Shown here piece by piece: positions 60,302-64,000 of a stretch of 64,000 bases of DNA; within the stretch, counting starts at the first letter, position 1; each line of letters starts with the position of its first letter. Below the pieces are notes generated by a model that was not told where the DNA came from, searched no databases, and saw only the letters and a program-made list of their open reading frames with translations. The DNA comes from Amoebidium appalachense (lineage: Eukaryota; Protista; Ichthyosporea): positions 930,001-994,000 of the forward strand of contig CAVNZM010000005.1 of the NCBI GenBank assembly GCA_963693365.1, given 5' to 3'. Both the position numbers and the translations under genes were made by a program.

Positions 60302-60416
60302 TGCAGGAACGTGCATGTCCTTCTCGATGAATAGGAGCAGGGCCATGCACGAGCCTGTGTGTGTGCATGTAAATACATGGCAACGTGGACGTCGTGTACG
60401 TGTACGTGTGTGTGTT

Positions 60417-60490
<74 letters not shown>

Positions 60491-60494
60491 CAAG

Positions 60495-60530
<36 letters not shown>

Positions 60531-60540
60531 TGTGCTCGAG

Positions 60541-60574
<34 letters not shown>

Positions 60575-60639
60575 TGTGCTCGAGTCTCTCTCTCTCTCTC
60601 TCTCTCTCGTGTGTGTGTGTGTGTGTGTGTGTGCTCGAG

Positions 60640-60681
<42 letters not shown>

Positions 60682-60699
60682 TGTGTGTGTATGCTCGAG

Positions 60700-60747
<48 letters not shown>

Positions 60748-60752
60748 CTCGA

Positions 60753-60813
<61 letters not shown>

Positions 60814-60834
60814 TTGTCTCTCTCGAGTCTCTAC

Positions 60835-60899
<65 letters not shown>

Positions 60900-62928
60900 C
60901 GCAACCGAGGAAGAGGAGGAATAGGCACGTACCTGAGAAAAGAGACTTTGCCGTATCCCAAATGCCATACTTCACCGTTTCATAGCCAGCAGGGGCGTAG
61001 TCAAACTGTTTGTGTGTATTGTCGTTGTCGTTTGTTTGGGGGGGGGGGGGGGGGGGGGGGGGGGGAAGGGGAGGGAAGAACTATGAGAGAATTATTTTTA
61101 TGCGCCCCCTCCCCTCCCCCCCCCCCCCCCCCCCAAAAAAAAACCCCCCTATTAAGACCCCCCCCCCCCACCACCACCACCACCACCACCACCCACCGCC
61201 GCCACAACCCACCCTCTTTGGCGGGACAAAAAAAAAAAATCCTTTCGTGGCCTTCTCATCTCTCTGTGGGAATACCGAGTGTGCTTAACCTACGCAAAAC
61301 CGAGTCCTCACTGCGCAACTATAAGGTTGGGTCCAATCCACAGACCCCAAAATAAATCCCCCCCCCTCCCCCCTCCCCCGTCCCCTCCCTCCCCTCAAAT
61401 CCCACACCCTCAACCGCAAATGATAAATGTTACACAGGCACGTCGCGAAGTCAAATTAGAAATAATATCAAGCTGTAATATAAAAAAAGCTTAGACAGGG
61501 GGGGGGGGGGGGGGGGAGGGAGACTGGGGGGGAAGTATGGACCTTTGAGTTGTAGACGTGCACCCTGTTGGTGGGTGTGCCGTCAGGAGCAACCAACTGC
61601 CCCCCATCATGCAGCCACAACAGCACGCCCTCCCCGTTGTACACATTGGTGTGACCCTGCTGCTGTAACTGGCGGCAGAAAAGACCAGAACGGTAGCCTG
61701 AAAAGAGTGCCGTGGGGTGGAAATGAGTGGATTATGGTCGAAGGAAAAGGGAGAACGGGAGGGATGGTGTAGTGTAGGTGGTGGATACAGGCCATGCACC
61801 GTATATGTAGCCAGGCAAATGTCTATATGGCAGGAGTGATGGGCAGTGGTAGAGCTAGTCAGCATGATGTAAAAGAACAAAGATATGCTTGAACTAACCC
61901 AATAAGCGTCTCAAACGACAAGTGATTGCATTGGGCAGGTCGGGTGGTAGAGAGGGGGTTGTAGTGACCAAAAAAGAAAGGCACGTGTGCGACTGTTCCG
62001 TTTGTGGATCTAAACTTCTAATGGCATCCATCGGTGCAAACGGAAGCAGGTGCCAGTGGAAAGGGGTTTGAGGGTAGAGGTGAGGGTTGGGGCATGGGAG
62101 GGAGACAGGCAAGCACGGCGAATGCCAGACGACGAGTGAGAGGAGGGATCACGTACAGGAAGAAGAACATTCATGCTTGGTTGGGGGGGAGGGGTAGGGT
62201 GGGGAGGGGGGGGGAGGGGGGGGGGGGGGGGGGTAAGGGACACAGAGACACACAGACATGAGAAAGGGGGAACGGGGGGGGGGGGGGGGGGGGGGGAAGG
62301 GGGAGAGAGAGAGACAGAGAGAGGGACGGCGGGAGGGGGGGAGGGGGGGGGGGTTGAATGCGGAACATGGTACGAAGTACGCATACACGAAGGACACATG
62401 CAAAGGCAAACATTCAAGTATGCAACATAGCAATGCGCACAGTATGCGTCATAAGCAGAGCCCATCCTCAGGGAGGGCCCAAGTTATCAATTGCGTCTGA
62501 GCTTCGACCCCTTAGGCCGCGTATATACGACTCTCCAACTCAGACAGCAGCATCAAGTGAACTTGGGAGGGTCAACCCGTCTTGATCAAAGACGAGCAGG
62601 GTTGCTTATGCAAGCAAGGTGAGCAAAACGGTGAATATGTGTATGCAAACTAATGCAGTGCAGCGAAAAATGCGTATGTGCTTACAGATGCACGACACAG
62701 AGCAACCATGCCCGGTTGCATGGAAGTAAAGCGGTCTCCACACAGTGGTCTGTCCTGAAAGGACACCTCTGACAGAAGACTGGGGGGGTTTGAAAGGGGG
62801 GGGGGGGGGGGGGGGGGAAGCGAGAGAGAGCGAGAGAGTGAGAGAGCGAGAGAGAGAGAGAGAGGGAGACAGAGAGACAAGGGGGGCAGATTTAAAAGGG
62901 ACGGACGACATGCAGCGAGACAGGTAAG

Positions 62929-62959
<31 letters not shown>

Positions 62960-63161
62960 TTCTTCCCCCCCCCGGGGGGCGCTTGGGGGCTACCAACTAC
63001 TGCTACCAAATGTCACCCACCTATGGTGCAGTATGGAACTATTTTGGCGCCCTTGAAGCCGTCTTTTTCTTTTGTGAAATCGTCGAGCGCTTTTGCTCCT
63101 GGTATAATAGAAATAACCCGCTCTGCCTCGTCTCTGCAGTCTATAAGTACCACGGTATGTC
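60103..63161 (-). CDS. Rhodanese-like domain protein, spliced, 5' part beyond the window
   Basis: Exons 63161-63021, 61697-61543, 61005-60933 and probably 60116-60103. They read [126 protein letters not shown]. Rhodanese motifs present: IDxR..E...S.IPGA and the CxxGxRS active-site loop. Confidence 0.9.
60418..60890. repeat. Higher-order compound microsatellite [(TC)n(TG)m CTCGAG]k
   Basis: About 8 alternating TC/TG blocks, most joined by ctcgag. Confidence 0.9.
62354..62619 (-). ncRNA. Structured intronic repeat element, copy 3, in rhodanese-gene intron, sense to host
   Basis: Homologous to 829-1076 and 27223-27379, with the same helices and compensatory changes. Confidence 0.6.
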
Positions 63162-64000
63162 CTGGGTGGAGGGGAAACACATAAAGGAAAAGGAGTTAGA
63201 GAGAGGCAGGGTGTGTAAGAATTTCTTGTTAGAACACAATGTGCATGTATTTACATGCACAATAACAGAGTCGGAGAGTAACAGGATGAAGAGGGACCTG
63301 TACTGTGCAAGTCTTAGTGTCCACTAGGTATTATACAGGCAAGGAGACGGCCAGAGCAATGGGAAAGTGGGGTCTGTGTGTGTGCGAGAGAGAGTGTGTG
63401 TGTGTTGCGAGGGAGGGGGGGAAGGGGGGGGAGGGGGAGGGGGGCATAAGTGTGTGTGTGTATTTTTGGGGGGGGGGGGGGGAGGGGGGAGGGGGGGGGG
63501 GGGGGGGGGGCACGTAAGTGTGTGAGTGGTGATTTGGGGGGGAGGGGAGGTGGGGAGGGGGAGGTGGGGTTGCGCGCAGGGGGAGGGGAGGGGGGGGGGG
63601 GGGGGGGGGGGGGAGCTGAGTATAGTAATAGAAGAGGAAAAATGACCCAATAAGCTGTGAATGCTGGCGTCTATATGAGTACAGAGAGGGGCGAAGGGGG
63701 TAATGCGAGGGAGAGGGCTGAGGAGGGAGGAAGGAGGGAGAGAAAGAGAGAGAGAGATGGAGGGAGGAATGGGGAAGCAGGGGGACCGGGGGGGGGGGGG
63801 GGGGAGGGGGAGAAGAGAGAGACAGCGGGAGACATGAGAGATAAAAGACAGAGAGAGAGACAAACAGAGAGAGACAGATAGAGAGAGAAGAGAAAGGGTG
63901 GGGGGGGGGGGGGGGGGGGGCAGAAAGAGGGAGAAGGGGGGGGGGAGAAGGGGGGGGGAGGGCGGGCGGGAGAGAGAGAGAGAGGGGGGGCGATGGCCGG

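Overview
Intron-rich eukaryotic DNA, probably a unicellular opisthokont (inferred from gene content, not proven). It is saturated with poly(G)/poly(C) and (CA)/(GT)/(GA)n tracts, so most of the supplied ORFs are microsatellite artefacts. Six protein-coding genes can be spliced by hand. They are SSR1/TRAP-alpha (minus, 3' end outside the window), a double-MYND zinc-finger gene, a ~35-exon SMARCA2/4-Snf2-class remodeller ATPase, a single-exon orphan with a possible PH-like fold, a 16-exon Rit1 tRNA phosphoribosyltransferase, and a rhodanese-domain gene (minus, 5' end outside the window). There are also two decayed, related non-LTR retrotransposon 3' ends and many tandem repeats. The most interesting signal is a ~250-270 nt element present three times, each in the sense strand of an intron of a different gene. 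It shows compensatory base pairs, a pseudoknot, and the hammerhead-ribozyme core nucleotides in a non-standard strand order. Secondary themes are (CA)n tracts in place of polypyrimidine tracts at 3' splice sites and tandem duplications that span splice sites.
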